From the NCBI GenBank assembly GCA_963793305.1, contig CAWBZV010000005.1, positions 1,536,001-1,600,000 on the forward strand: a stretch of 64,000 nt of DNA. Reading direction: 5' to 3'. This document shows positions 53,912 to 64,000 of the stretch, piece after piece. The notes under the pieces were generated by a model. The model worked only from the letters and a program-made list of their open reading frames with translations, had not been told where the DNA came from and did not search any database. The DNA comes from an uncultured Gemmatimonadales bacterium (lineage in GTDB: Bacteria; Gemmatimonadota; Gemmatimonadetes; Gemmatimonadales; Gemmatimonadaceae). A program made the position numbers and the translations under genes. Numbering within the stretch: the stretch's first letter is position 1; the number at the start of each line of letters is the position of its first letter.

Positions 53912-54603
53912 CCGACACCGCGATAGTGTATCCCGGCGTAGCCGCGCCGGCCGGTACCCCAGTCACGCCGCACAACATCCCGCACCGTGGCGGCCCGGAG
54001 AATCCGAGCGCGTCGGCCCTCGCGGCGCAATTCACGGATGCGATCAAGCGAGTCGACGTCGTCTGGGGCGAGACCACGGTCGTGATCGACCCCGCGCGCC
54101 TGCTCGACATCGTGAAATGGCTGCACGATGATCCGAGCCAGCGCTACGACTTCCTGTGCGACGTCACCGCCGTCGAGTTTCGAGACGCCGATATCCCGAT
54201 GGAAGTCGTCTGGCATCTTCGCTCGCTCCCGTACCGGCGCTTCTTGCGACTCAAGGCGGAGCTCCCGAAGGGCGCCGCATTGGAGGTCGACAGCGTGTGG
54301 TCGATCTACAAGGCGGCCGATTGGCTGGAGCGGGAATGCTTCGACATGTTCGGCATCACGTTCCGCGGCCACCCCGACCTGCGCCGCATTCTCATGTGGG
54401 AGCAATACCGGGAAGGGCACCCACTGCGCAAAGACTTCCCATTGCGCGGCCGGTTCAGCCGCGCCGAGCAATTGCGCCAAGCGCTGGCCCAGAACCCCGA
54501 AGCACGCTACTCCATGGATGAGCTTTCGATCGTCGAGGCGTTCGAGGACCTGCCGACGGACATGCGGCAGCGCCTCTCCCGCGGCGAGAAGACGGGGGAA
54601 TAG
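53908..54603 (+). CDS. nuoC: NADH-quinone oxidoreductase subunit C
   Basis: [28 protein letters not shown]. Confidence 0.95.
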   Translation: MTDTAIVYPGVAAPAGTPVTPHNIPHRGGPENPSASALAAQFTDAIKRVDVVWGETTVVIDPARLLDIVKWLHDDPSQRYDFLCDVTAVEFRDADIPMEVVWHLRSLPYRRFLRLKAELPKGAALEVDSVWSIYKAADWLERECFDMFGITFRGHPDLRRILMWEQYREGHPLRKDFPLRGRFSRAEQLRQALAQNPEARYSMDELSIVEAFEDLPTDMRQRLSRGEKTGE

Positions 54604-54605
54604 AG

Positions 54606-55889
54606 ATGGCCGACACCCGGACCCTCGAGGTCGAGCTCTCGACCACTGGCCTGGACGCCCAGGGACGTCCCCAGCGCAGCCCGCTCACGGTTGCCTCGTA
54701 TCCGGCGCTCGAACCGGATTTCGCCGACGAGCACATGTTGATCAACATCGGCCCGCAGCACCCCGCGACCCACGGGGTATTGCGCCTGGTGCTGGAGCTC
54801 GACGGCGAAACCGTCGTGCGCTGCATCCCGCACATCGGCTATCTGCACTGCGGGTTCGAAAAGATCGGGGAGTATCGCCAGTACAACCAGATCATCCCGT
54901 GGACCGATCGCGAAGACTATTTGAACTCGATCGGCAACAACGTCGCGTTCGCCTTGGGCGCCGAGCGCCTGTTCGGTATCGAAATCACTGAACGCTGCAC
55001 GGTGTTGCGAGTCATCGCGGCCGAGCTCTCGCGGATCATCTCGCACCTGGTCTGGCTCGGCACGACCTGCATCGATATCGGCGCGTTCACGCCGTTCTTG
55101 TGGGCGTTCCAGGAACGCGAGCGCGTCTATGATCTCCTGGAGCGCTGGGTCGGGGCGCGTCTGACGACTTCCGCGACTCGCGTCGGCGGGATGGCGGCCG
55201 ATATCCCCGATGGCTGGACCGCGGCGCTCGATGGGTTCATCAAGACATTCCCGCAGACCATCGAGCAAGTCGACCGGATGCTGACCAAGAATGGCATCTG
55301 GGTCGGGCGCACGGTTGGCCTGGGTGTCATGTCGGCTGACGAGGCGACCAACTATGGTCTCTCGGGGCCGATGCTGCGCGCCTCAGGCGTCGCCTACGAT
55401 GTGCGCAAAGACTTCCCGTACCTCGGCTACGAGACGTATGACTTCGATATTCCCGTGGGCACCCATGGGGATGTGTATGATCGCTATCTCGTGCGCATGG
55501 AAGAGTTGCGGCAGTCCGTGAGAATCCTCGAGCAGGCCCTCGCGAGACTGCCCGGTGGCCCGGTGAATGTGGACGACGCGCGAGTGATTCTGCCGCCAAA
55601 GTCGAAGGCAACGAGCGAGATGGAATCCATGATCCATCACTTCAAGCAAGTGATGGAAGGCCCGAGACCGCCGATTGGGGAGGCGTACGTCGTGGTCGAG
55701 AGCCCCAAGGGCGAAAAGGGCTACTATATGGTCTCGGACGGAACGTCCAAGCCCGTCCGCTGGCGGATCCGACCGCCGTCATTCGTGAACCTGGCGGCGA
55801 TCCCCAAGATGGTCGAGGGCCACTTGCTCTCCGACGTGATCGCGATCAACGCCAGCATCGACATCGTGATGGGAGAAATTGATCGTTGA
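54606..55889 (+). CDS. nuoD: NADH-quinone oxidoreductase subunit D
   Basis: GPQHPATHGVLR, ESPKGE, DIVMGEIDR. Confidence 0.97.
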   Translation: MADTRTLEVELSTTGLDAQGRPQRSPLTVASYPALEPDFADEHMLINIGPQHPATHGVLRLVLELDGETVVRCIPHIGYLHCGFEKIGEYRQYNQIIPWTDREDYLNSIGNNVAFALGAERLFGIEITERCTVLRVIAAELSRIISHLVWLGTTCIDIGAFTPFLWAFQERERVYDLLERWVGARLTTSATRVGGMAADIPDGWTAALDGFIKTFPQTIEQVDRMLTKNGIWVGRTVGLGVMSADEATNYGLSGPMLRASGVAYDVRKDFPYLGYETYDFDIPVGTHGDVYDRYLVRMEELRQSVRILEQALARLPGGPVNVDDARVILPPKSKATSEMESMIHHFKQVMEGPRPPIGEAYVVVESPKGEKGYYMVSDGTSKPVRWRIRPPSFVNLAAIPKMVEGHLLSDVIAINASIDIVMGEIDR

Positions 55890-56380
55890 CGACGAAGGCA
55901 CCATACGAACCGGTCTTTGTCGGCGAGCGACGCGAGGAGTTGGACGCGCTCCTCGGCCGTTACCCGACGAAGATGGCGGCCTTGCTTCCCGCGCTCTGGA
56001 TCATCCAGGAAGCCCGCGGCTGGGTGAGCGACGCCGCCATGGAAGAAGTCGCCAGCGTACTCGACCTCACGCCGGCGTACGTCAAAGGCGTCGTCACGTT
56101 CTACACGATGTATCACCAACACCCGGTCGGGAAATACTTCGTCCAGGTGTGCACGACCTCGCCGTGCAACGTGTGCGGTGCCGAAGATGTCGTGCGGGCA
56201 TTTCTCAGACACACCAAGTGCGAGGAGCTGGGCCAGACCTCACCGGACGGCCGATTCACGGTAATCGAAGTCGAGTGCCTCGGCGCGTGTGGATTCGCGA
56301 CCCCGGTGATGATCAACGCCGAGTTTGTAGAATCGGTCACGCCAGACACCGTGCCGGCCATCGTCGCCGCTCATAAATAG
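55886..56380 (+). CDS. nuoE: NADH-quinone oxidoreductase subunit E
   Basis: TFYTM, CTTSPC, ECLGAC. Confidence 0.95.
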   Translation: MTTKAPYEPVFVGERREELDALLGRYPTKMAALLPALWIIQEARGWVSDAAMEEVASVLDLTPAYVKGVVTFYTMYHQHPVGKYFVQVCTTSPCNVCGAEDVVRAFLRHTKCEELGQTSPDGRFTVIEVECLGACGFATPVMINAEFVESVTPDTVPAIVAAHK

Positions 56381-56392
56381 ACTACGCCATCC

Positions 56393-57718
56393 ATGGGCTA
56401 TCCCCACAAATCGCACGCGCGCGAGACGCCGGTCCTGTCCCAACATTTCGGCGATTCCGACGCGCTCTCGCTCTCGGGCTGGCGCCAGCGCGGTGGCTAC
56501 CGCGCCCTGGAGCAAGCGCTCGGCATGGCTCCAGTCGAAATCACGAACATGGTGAAAGAATCCGGCCTCCGGGGCCGCGGTGGCGCCGGGTTCCCGACGG
56601 GCCTCAAGTGGTCGTTCATGAAGGTTGGCGACGGCAAGCCGCACTACTTGTGCTGCAACGCCGACGAGTCGGAGCCAGGGACGTTCAAAGACCGTGAGAT
56701 CATGCGCTGGACGCCGCACGCCTTGATCGAAGGCTGCGCGATCGCCGCGCACGCGATGGGCGCCGAGACGACATATATCTATATCCGCGGCGAATTCACG
56801 GAACCGCTCGACCGCATGAACGCGGCCGTCAAGGAAGCGTACTCCGAGGGCGTCCTCGGCAAGAACGCCCTGGGCTCCGGCAAGCGCATCGACGTGCACG
56901 TGCATAAGGGCGCGGGCGCATATATCTGTGGCGAAGAAACCGCCCTCATGAACTCACTCGAGGGCCGCCGTGGGACTCCCCGTATCAAGCCCCCATTTCC
57001 CGCCGCCTCGGGTGTCTTCGGCCAGCCCACGACGATCAACAACGTCGAGACACTGGCCGCCGTTCCTCACATCTTGAACAACGGCGCCGAGTGGTACAAG
57101 CAGATGTGTTTGTCGAGCCCGAAGAGCACGGGCACAAAATTGTACTCGGTGTGCGGTAACGTTCGCCGGCCGGGCACCTATGAAGTCGTCATGGGCTTCC
57201 CGTTCAAAGACTTCTTGTATGATCTCTGTGGCGGACCGCTAGCCGGTAGGAAGTTCAAGGCGATTATCCCCGGCGGCGCGTCCGTCCCGATTCAGACGAT
57301 GGACGAGGCCGAGGCGACCCTTATGGACTATGAGGGCTTCGTCGCGAAGGGAACGATGCTGGGCTCGGGCGGCGTGATCTGCATCGACGACCAGCAATGC
57401 ATGGTGAAGCAGATCGCCCGGCTCGCTCGCTTCTTCGCCCACGAAAGCTGCGCCCAATGCACGCAATGCCGCGAAGGCACGGCGTGGACGACGAAGATCG
57501 TCGAGCGCATCGAAGCGGGGGAGGGCACGACGGCCGATCTCGACACGCTGCTTTCCATCGCCGACAACATGACGGGCAAGACTATTTGCGTGCTGTCCGA
57601 CTCGTGCGCGGTACCAGTCGTTTCGGGTATCCAGAAATTCCGCGACGAGTTCATGGCGCACATTACCCAGAAGCGTTGCCCCTATCGCACGACGCCTGCT
57701 CGGAGCGCTGCCGCATGA
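56393..57718 (+). CDS. nuoF: NADH-quinone oxidoreductase subunit F
   Basis: GRGGAGF, ADESEPG, GAYICGEETAL, ESCAQCTQCREG. Confidence 0.97.
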   Translation: MGYPHKSHARETPVLSQHFGDSDALSLSGWRQRGGYRALEQALGMAPVEITNMVKESGLRGRGGAGFPTGLKWSFMKVGDGKPHYLCCNADESEPGTFKDREIMRWTPHALIEGCAIAAHAMGAETTYIYIRGEFTEPLDRMNAAVKEAYSEGVLGKNALGSGKRIDVHVHKGAGAYICGEETALMNSLEGRRGTPRIKPPFPAASGVFGQPTTINNVETLAAVPHILNNGAEWYKQMCLSSPKSTGTKLYSVCGNVRRPGTYEVVMGFPFKDFLYDLCGGPLAGRKFKAIIPGGASVPIQTMDEAEATLMDYEGFVAKGTMLGSGGVICIDDQQCMVKQIARLARFFAHESCAQCTQCREGTAWTTKIVERIEAGEGTTADLDTLLSIADNMTGKTICVLSDSCAVPVVSGIQKFRDEFMAHITQKRCPYRTTPARSAAA

Positions 57719-59238
57719 GCGATGTGACGCTCACGATCGAAGGCCGCCAGGTCCATGTCCCGGCGGGGACCTCGATTCTCGAGGCCGCCAAGACAGCGGG
57801 CATTCTGGTGCCGCACTATTGTTACCACCCGGCACTCCCGATCCCGGCCCTCTGCCGGATGTGCCTCGTCGAGGTCGAGAAAGCGCCGAAGCTCTTGCCG
57901 GCTTGCCAGACCACGGTCGCCGACAATCAGGTCGTGCACGTGCATTCGTCGAAAGCCCAAGAGGCGCGCAAGGGCGTGCTCGAGATGCTCTTGATCAATC
58001 ACCCGCTCGACTGTCCGATCTGCGATCAGTCCGGCGAGTGCGAGCTCCAGGATTACACGTACGCCGAGGGTCGGGCCGACTCCCGCTACAAGGAGCCGAA
58101 GCGCTTCAACCCGGTCGAAGATTTCGGCGGCGACGTGATGTACGTCGCCAATCGCTGCATCCTGTGCACGCGCTGCGTGCGGTTCATGGAAGATGTCGCT
58201 CACGATGCCGTGCTGACCGTCAGCGAGCGCGGCGACCGCGCATTGATCAGCAAATTCGAGGATCACGACCTCACGCACCCGTGGGCGGGCAATGTCGTCG
58301 AGCTGTGCCCGGTCGGCGCGCTCCTCTCAAAGGACTTCCTGAACAAGGCTCGCGCCTGGGAGCTCGACCGCGCGGCGTCGATCTGCCCGAACTGCACGCA
58401 GGGTTGCAACACCACGATCGAGACCCGGGACAACGTCGTCGTCCGGTTGCGTCCCCGGGTGAACGAGGACGTCAACAAGTATTTCATGTGCGACCATGGC
58501 CGGCTCGACTATCGCTGGCTCAATCGTCGCGATCGCGTGACCTCGCCGTCCGTCCGCGGGCAACACGCCGATTGGTCTCTGGCGGTTGCGGCGGCGATCG
58601 ACGCGCTCGGCGGCCGCACGCTCAACGTGCTGGCCTCGCCGATGCTGCCCAACGAAGCGCTGTTCTTGCTCGGCCGGCTGATCAAGCGCCTGAACGGCAA
58701 AGGATGGTTCACGGTTCCGCAGGGGCCCGAGGCGCCACTCGATGGCGTTCAGGATCTCGCGCTGCGTTCTGACCGTGCGGCCAACGTCAAAGGGGCCGAG
58801 CTGTTCGGGTTCGCACGCATTGCCGACCCTGCCGCTGTCCTCGCTGGCCTGACCGACAAAGACGTTCTGCTGGTAGCCGACGAAGAGTTGGCTGGGTACA
58901 GCGTCCCGCCGAAGGCGGGCGCCATAATCATCGTTGGGACGACGCAGCCGGCGTGGACCGGAAACAATCCCGTCGTGCTTCCGACGACGAACATGGCCGA
59001 GGAAGAGGGGACGTTCACGAACCTGCGCGGCCGCGTGCAGCGGTACCTGCAAGCGAAGGCGGCCCCAGGCGAGTCTCGCCCGACGTACGCGGTGCTCTCC
59101 GATGTGCTGATCGCCGCGGGCGAGCCGGCCAACTATATGGTACCGTCCGAGGTGTTCGCGGCCCTCGCCGCGTCCCACCCATCGTTCTCCGGAATGAGCT
59201 ACGACACGCTGGCTCTAAAGGGAGCCGTGATCCGATGA
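57715..59238 (+). CDS. nuoG: NADH-quinone oxidoreductase subunit G (short, 507 aa)
   Basis: CYHP..CRMC, HPLDCPICDQSGEC, CILCTRC, CPNCTQGC. Confidence 0.93.
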   Translation: MSDVTLTIEGRQVHVPAGTSILEAAKTAGILVPHYCYHPALPIPALCRMCLVEVEKAPKLLPACQTTVADNQVVHVHSSKAQEARKGVLEMLLINHPLDCPICDQSGECELQDYTYAEGRADSRYKEPKRFNPVEDFGGDVMYVANRCILCTRCVRFMEDVAHDAVLTVSERGDRALISKFEDHDLTHPWAGNVVELCPVGALLSKDFLNKARAWELDRAASICPNCTQGCNTTIETRDNVVVRLRPRVNEDVNKYFMCDHGRLDYRWLNRRDRVTSPSVRGQHADWSLAVAAAIDALGGRTLNVLASPMLPNEALFLLGRLIKRLNGKGWFTVPQGPEAPLDGVQDLALRSDRAANVKGAELFGFARIADPAAVLAGLTDKDVLLVADEELAGYSVPPKAGAIIIVGTTQPAWTGNNPVVLPTTNMAEEEGTFTNLRGRVQRYLQAKAAPGESRPTYAVLSDVLIAAGEPANYMVPSEVFAALAASHPSFSGMSYDTLALKGAVIR

Positions 59239-60521
59239 ACTGGTGGACACGAGCGTTCTGTCCCGCCGGGTTGCCGTATGACCCGCAGCAGCCGGTCCCC
59301 GACTCGGCGTTCTGGCATTTCCTGCCGATCGACCTGATCGCGATCCTCATCAAGATGCTCGCGGTCTTCACGGTCTACATGGTCGGCGTCGCGATGCTGA
59401 CGTTGGCCGAGCGGAAGATCTCGGCGTGGATCCAGGACCGGCATGGGCCGAACCGGGTGCTCAAGGGGTGGGGCCAGCCGCTCGCTGATGGCGTCAAGAA
59501 TTTCATGAAAGAAGAGACGCTGCCCCCCTTCGTCAATCGTCCGCTGTTCCTGTTGGCACCAGCACTCAGTTTTATACCCGCCTTGATCACGTGGGCCGCG
59601 ATCCCATTTGGCGCGCCGCTGCCGACATGCTGGGGCCGGATCGATATGGTGCTCGCCAATCTGCCGGTCGGGTATCTGTACGTGCTCTCGATCAGCTCAC
59701 TCGGCGTGTACGGCATCGTGTTCGCCGGATGGGCTTCGAATAACAAGTACTCGCTCATGGGCGGCCTCCGCTCGAGCGCCCAGATGATCTCGTACGAGAT
59801 CCCGCTCGGCATGTCGATGATCGCCGTGCTGATCTTGACCGGCAACGTGTCGTTTAGCGAGATCGTTCGCCAGCAGTCGTGGGGCTGGAACGTCATCACG
59901 CTGACCTTGGGCTGCTTCATCTTCATGGTCTCGGCGTTCGCTGAGAACAACCGGCTCCCGTTCGATCTGCCGGAAGCCGAGTCGGAGCTGATCGCCGGCT
60001 ATCACACCGAGTACAGCGCGATGAAATTTTCTCTCTTTTTCATCGCCGAGTACGCGAACATGGTCACGCAGAGTGCCATGATCGCGACGATCTTTTTCGG
60101 CGGCTGGTCGATGCCGGGTCTCGATGGCCCGCCATGGACGGTGCTCAAATGGGCGCTCTCGATCGCCGTGTTCCTGGGCAAAGTGCTCTTCTTCTTGTTT
60201 GTCTTCATGTGGATCCGCTGGACACTCCCGCGGTTCCGCTATGACCAGCTGATGTCGCTGGGTTGGAAGGTGCTGCTGCCGCTGTCGCTGGCGTATATCG
60301 TGATCATTGCCAGCGCGGTCCTTGGACTCGATGTCCTCGGCATTCAGCACGGCTGGCTCCTGAGCCTCGATTTGTTCGTGTTGAACATCGTGCTCATGGT
60401 CATTGTGTTCCTCGTTATCGATCGCGGTCGCCTGGTCAGCCCGGCATCCGCGCGTGTGCGGGCCGCCGAGCTCGCGCGGCTGCGTGCGGTCGCCAAGGTC
60501 GAGCGTCCGGTGGAGGTCTAA
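59235..60521 (+). CDS. nuoH: NADH-quinone oxidoreductase subunit H
   Basis: ERKISAWIQDRHGP, AQMISYE, PFDLPEAESEL, PRFRYDQ. Confidence 0.97.
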   Translation: MNWWTRAFCPAGLPYDPQQPVPDSAFWHFLPIDLIAILIKMLAVFTVYMVGVAMLTLAERKISAWIQDRHGPNRVLKGWGQPLADGVKNFMKEETLPPFVNRPLFLLAPALSFIPALITWAAIPFGAPLPTCWGRIDMVLANLPVGYLYVLSISSLGVYGIVFAGWASNNKYSLMGGLRSSAQMISYEIPLGMSMIAVLILTGNVSFSEIVRQQSWGWNVITLTLGCFIFMVSAFAENNRLPFDLPEAESELIAGYHTEYSAMKFSLFFIAEYANMVTQSAMIATIFFGGWSMPGLDGPPWTVLKWALSIAVFLGKVLFFLFVFMWIRWTLPRFRYDQLMSLGWKVLLPLSLAYIVIIASAVLGLDVLGIQHGWLLSLDLFVLNIVLMVIVFLVIDRGRLVSPASARVRAAELARLRAVAKVERPVEV

Positions 60522-61018
60522 TGGGAATCGGTGTCAAAGTTCTGGAGCGTCCGACGGGAGAAGTGAGCTATGTGCGGGCGATGATCAGTGGGCTCGGCCT
60601 CACGTTCAAGCACATGATCAATCCGCACAAAGTCACCGTGCAGTACCCCGAGGTGCGCTCGACCATCTCGCCGCGCTGGCGGGGCACGCACCGGATGCTG
60701 ACGACCGAGACCGGCAAGGCCAAGTGCGTGGCCTGCGGACTCTGTCCGACGGTGTGTCCGGCGAACTGCATCAAGCTCGTGCCCGGCGAGGATGAGCAGG
60801 GCAATCGCTATCCGCTGGTGTTCGAGATCGACGAGTTCCGGTGCATCTTCTGTGGCTATTGCCAGGAAGTGTGCCCGGAAGAGGCGATTCACGTCGGGCG
60901 TCACTACGAGAACTCCGAGTACAGCCGCGAAGGCTTCGTCTACGACCTCGAGCGGTTGATCGCGCAGACGCACCCGGTGTGCGAGATGTGGGATCCCGCG
61001 GACCCGAAGGGGGAATAA
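60521..61018 (+). CDS. nuoI: NADH-quinone oxidoreductase subunit I
   Basis: TVQYPE, CVACGLC...CP, CIFCGYC...CP. Confidence 0.96.
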   Translation: MGIGVKVLERPTGEVSYVRAMISGLGLTFKHMINPHKVTVQYPEVRSTISPRWRGTHRMLTTETGKAKCVACGLCPTVCPANCIKLVPGEDEQGNRYPLVFEIDEFRCIFCGYCQEVCPEEAIHVGRHYENSEYSREGFVYDLERLIAQTHPVCEMWDPADPKGE

Positions 61019-61025
61019 CGGCCCC

Positions 61026-61592
61026 GTGCCACCGTATACGAACTTCCTCTACAGCTTCAATTTCTACCTGTTCGGGCTGATCGCGATCGCGTCGGCCATC
61101 GTGTTCGTGACGCGCAAGAGCGCGGTGGCGGCGGCGCTGTGGCTCGTCAACGTCATGTTCTGCCTCGCGGCGCTGTTCGTGATGCTCGACGCGCCGTTTG
61201 TCGGCATCATCCAGATCCTGGTCTATGCCGGCGCGATCATGGTCGTGTTCCTGTTCGTGATCATGCTGCTCAACCTGGGGGAGGGCGCCGTCTCCGACAT
61301 GCGGAACTGGCGCTGGAGCCTCGTCGCCGGGCTGTTCGGCCTGGCGCTGATCGCGCAGCTGGCGGCGACCCGACGGTCGGAGCCGGTGAGCGCGATCGCG
61401 TTGGCGCCGGACTCGCTGGCGATCATCCAGAGAGCCCAAGGCGCGGTGCCGCCCGTCGCGGCGCCGCTCTTCAACCAGTACCTGCTTGCTTTCGAGGTCA
61501 CCAGCGTGCTGTTACTCGTGGCGATCGTTGGGGCCGTGGTCATCGGGCGCCGGCGCGGCGAGTTCCTGGGGGGAGCCCGCGATGCTCGCTGA
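61026..61592 (+). CDS. nuoJ: NADH-quinone oxidoreductase subunit J
   Basis: [29 protein letters not shown]. Confidence 0.95.
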   Translation: MPPYTNFLYSFNFYLFGLIAIASAIVFVTRKSAVAAALWLVNVMFCLAALFVMLDAPFVGIIQILVYAGAIMVVFLFVIMLLNLGEGAVSDMRNWRWSLVAGLFGLALIAQLAATRRSEPVSAIALAPDSLAIIQRAQGAVPPVAAPLFNQYLLAFEVTSVLLLVAIVGAVVIGRRRGEFLGGARDAR

Positions 61593-61875
61593 GTCACTCG
61601 CGATCTCGGCCGTTCTCTTCGCGATCGGCGTCGTCGGAGTGCTCATTCGGCGCAACGCGATCATCGTGTTCATGTGCGTTGAGCTCATGCTGAACGCCGT
61701 GAATCTCACGTTTGTCGCCTTCTCCCGATACTACGGCTTCGCCGGGCAGGTCTTCGTGATCTTCGTCATGACCGTGGCGGCGGCCGAGGCGGCCGTTGGG
61801 CTCGCGATCGTCATCGCGAATTTCCGGCATCGGCAAACTGTCGACCTTCAGAACATCAACCTCTTGCGCGGCTGA
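61582..61875 (+). CDS. nuoK: NADH-quinone oxidoreductase subunit K
   Basis: [19 protein letters not shown]. Confidence 0.96.
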   Translation: MLAESLAISAVLFAIGVVGVLIRRNAIIVFMCVELMLNAVNLTFVAFSRYYGFAGQVFVIFVMTVAAAEAAVGLAIVIANFRHRQTVDLQNINLLRG

Positions 61876-64000
61876 TGCCACATCCGCTCGACGGTACCGC
61901 GGCCGAGTACGTCTGGGCCATCCCGGTTCTGCCGTTACTCGGCTTTGCCATCAACGGCGCACTCTCGCTATTTAGTGCCGGGCGCCCGGGTCCAGCCGAC
62001 CCGTCTGCGCATGACGATCACTCCTCGTCGCTTCGCGACTCGTCGCCTACGGCGGACTCGCATGCTGTGGTGGCAGGCGATGCCGGAGCGTCTGGGCACG
62101 GGTCAGGCCCGGCCGCTGGAAGCGCATCCGGCTCGAGCGCTGGACACGGATCAGTCTCGGCTACTGGGCACGGATCAGATCCGGCCGCCGGTTCAGCGCA
62201 CGCCGAAGGCAGTGCGCCCCGGTTTGGTGGGCTCGTAAGCTTCATCGGGCCCGCAGTAGTAGCCGCGTCGTTCGTGCTGGCCGTCGCGATCTTCATGGCG
62301 ATGCTGGCTACGCACGCCGACACGCCGTTCGTCCAGCGCACATTCCCATGGCTCGTCGGCGTCTGCGACCACAACGACAACCTGGGTTGCCTCATCGTCG
62401 ACTGGTCCTGGCAGATCGACCGCCTGTCGATGCTGATGGTCCTCGTGATCACGGGAGTCGGCACGCTGATCCACATATTCAGCGTCGGCTACATGCGCGA
62501 GGACCCAGGCTACGCCCGCTACTTCGCGTACCTCAACCTGTTCGTGTTCTTCATGCTGGTCCTGGTGCTCGGCGCCAGCTACCCGGTCCTGTTCGTCGGC
62601 TGGGAAGGCGTCGGCCTCTGCTCGTATCTCTTGATCGGCTTCTGGTTCAACGACAAGGCCAACGCCGACGCCGGCAAGAAGGCCTTTATCGTGAACCGGA
62701 TCGGCGACTTCGGCCTGCTCATGGCGATGTTCATGCTCTTCGCCAACATGGGCACGCTCGACTTCGGCGGCGTGTTCAGCAACGCCGCCTCGCTCGGCGC
62801 GAACTCGCCGCTCGTCACGACGATCTGCCTCTTCATTTTCCTGGGCTGCGTCGGCAAGAGCGCCCAGATCCCGCTCTACGTCTGGCTACCGGACGCGATG
62901 GCCGGCCCAACGCCAGTCTCGGCCCTGATCCACGCCGCGACCATGGTCACGGCCGGCGTCTATCTCGTCGCGCGCAGCTCGGCCCTCTTTGCGCTGGCGC
63001 CGGCGGCGAGTCTGACCGTGTGCGTGATCGGCGCCCTGACCGCGATCTTCGCGGCGACGATCGGCCTCAAGCAGTGGGACATCAAGAAGGTCCTCGCGTA
63101 CTCCACGGTCTCCCAGCTCGGCTACATGTTCGTCGGCGTCGGCGCCGACGCCTACGTCGCCGGCATGTTCCACCTGGTGACCCACGCGTTCTTCAAGGCG
63201 CTCTTATTCCTCGGTGCCGGCTCCGTGATCTACGCGATGCACGCCGCCTATCACGAGACACACAGCCACGACGACGCGCAGGACATGCGCAACATGGGCG
63301 GCCTGCGCCAGTACATGCCGGGACCTTCGTCCTCATGTGGATCGCGACGCTGGCCATCGCGGGCATCCCGCCATTCGCGGGATTCTTCTCGAAGGACGAG
63401 ATTCTCGGGACCGTGTTCGCCCGCGCCCAGGGGTCGGCGCTCGCCGACGCCCATTGGCTCGGCATTCCAGGGAGCATCGTGCTCTACGCCTGCTATGCCC
63501 TGGGCCTGGCCGCGGCGCTGCTCACCGCGATCTACATGACGCGCCTGATGCTGTACACGTTCCACGGCAAGAATCGCACAGGCGAGGCCGAGAGCAAGCA
63601 TTTGCGTGAGGCTCCGTGGGTGATGACGGGCCCACTCGTCGTGCTCGGGCTCTTGAGTCTCGCTGGTGGATTTCTAAACGTGCCCGCGTTGGTCGGCAAC
63701 GTCATGCCGACCGAGGCGCTGGCCCACTGGCTGGAGCCATCGCTCGAGCGTCGCGCCCGGAATAGTCGCAGCGGGCCCGTCACAGGAGGTCGGGCTCATT
63801 CTGGTGGCGGTTGCCATTGCGATCGTCGGCATTGCCATAGCCGTCGTGCGCCTCAAACCCGATGCGCTCAAGCCCGCCGACGAGCCGCAGCCGGTCGACA
63901 CGCCGATCGAGAGCCTGCTGGAGCACAAGTACTACGTGGATGAGATATACGATCGTGGAATAGTTCGGCCGCTTCTATGGTTCTCGCGGTCGGTCCTGTG
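61875..64000 (+). CDS. nuoL: NADH-quinone oxidoreductase subunit L, apparent frameshifts near 63320 and 63760-63790, runs off window
   Basis: GWEGVG, NRIGD, KSAQIPL..WLPDAM.GPTPVSALIHAATMV, HAFFKA; continues AIAGIPPFAGFFSKD in another frame and ...KYYVDEIYD near the end. Confidence 0.93.

Noticed and set aside
57715..59238. NuoG pseudogene
   Set aside because: All Fe-S motifs are present and it is coupled to nuoF and nuoH; shortened NuoG variants are known.

Overview
High-GC bacterial chromosome segment. Gene content and order (orphan ADOP-type permeases, a BTAD-TPR membrane regulator, carboxypeptidase-like/TonB fusion, yicC-gmk-rpoZ-coaBC-udg-dnaB-radA-ispD-tsaC) suggest Gemmatimonadota, by inference. 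1-18.9 kb is accessory: peptidases, a GH5, two ABC permeases, PEP carboxylase and a toxin/defence hotspot around tRNA-Leu(CAA). 18.9-42.4 kb is housekeeping (pepA to gap-pgk-tpiA-secG-carA, IHF/HU, moaDEA, mdh, sdhCAB). 42.4-52.7 kb is a second accessory block, and 52.9-64 kb is nuoA-L under a Rex-like operator. Main leads: (1) an Abi/HEPN gene whose 5' leader hairpin lies between two opposed sigma70-like promoters, implying a ~60-nt antisense or antitoxin RNA; (2) a 1.43-kb integrase-less islet bounded by a 54-bp tRNA-Leu duplication and carrying a nucleotidyltransferase/small-partner pair; (3) a second ~1.37-kb segment bounded by a 40-bp duplication of a protein gene's 3' end; (4) a repeated CCGGTAAC motif around a membrane-anchored SARP/BTAD-TPR regulator. 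Single-base frameshifts in dnaB, dcd and nuoL are probably sequencing errors. All calls come from motif recognition by eye; no searches were run.
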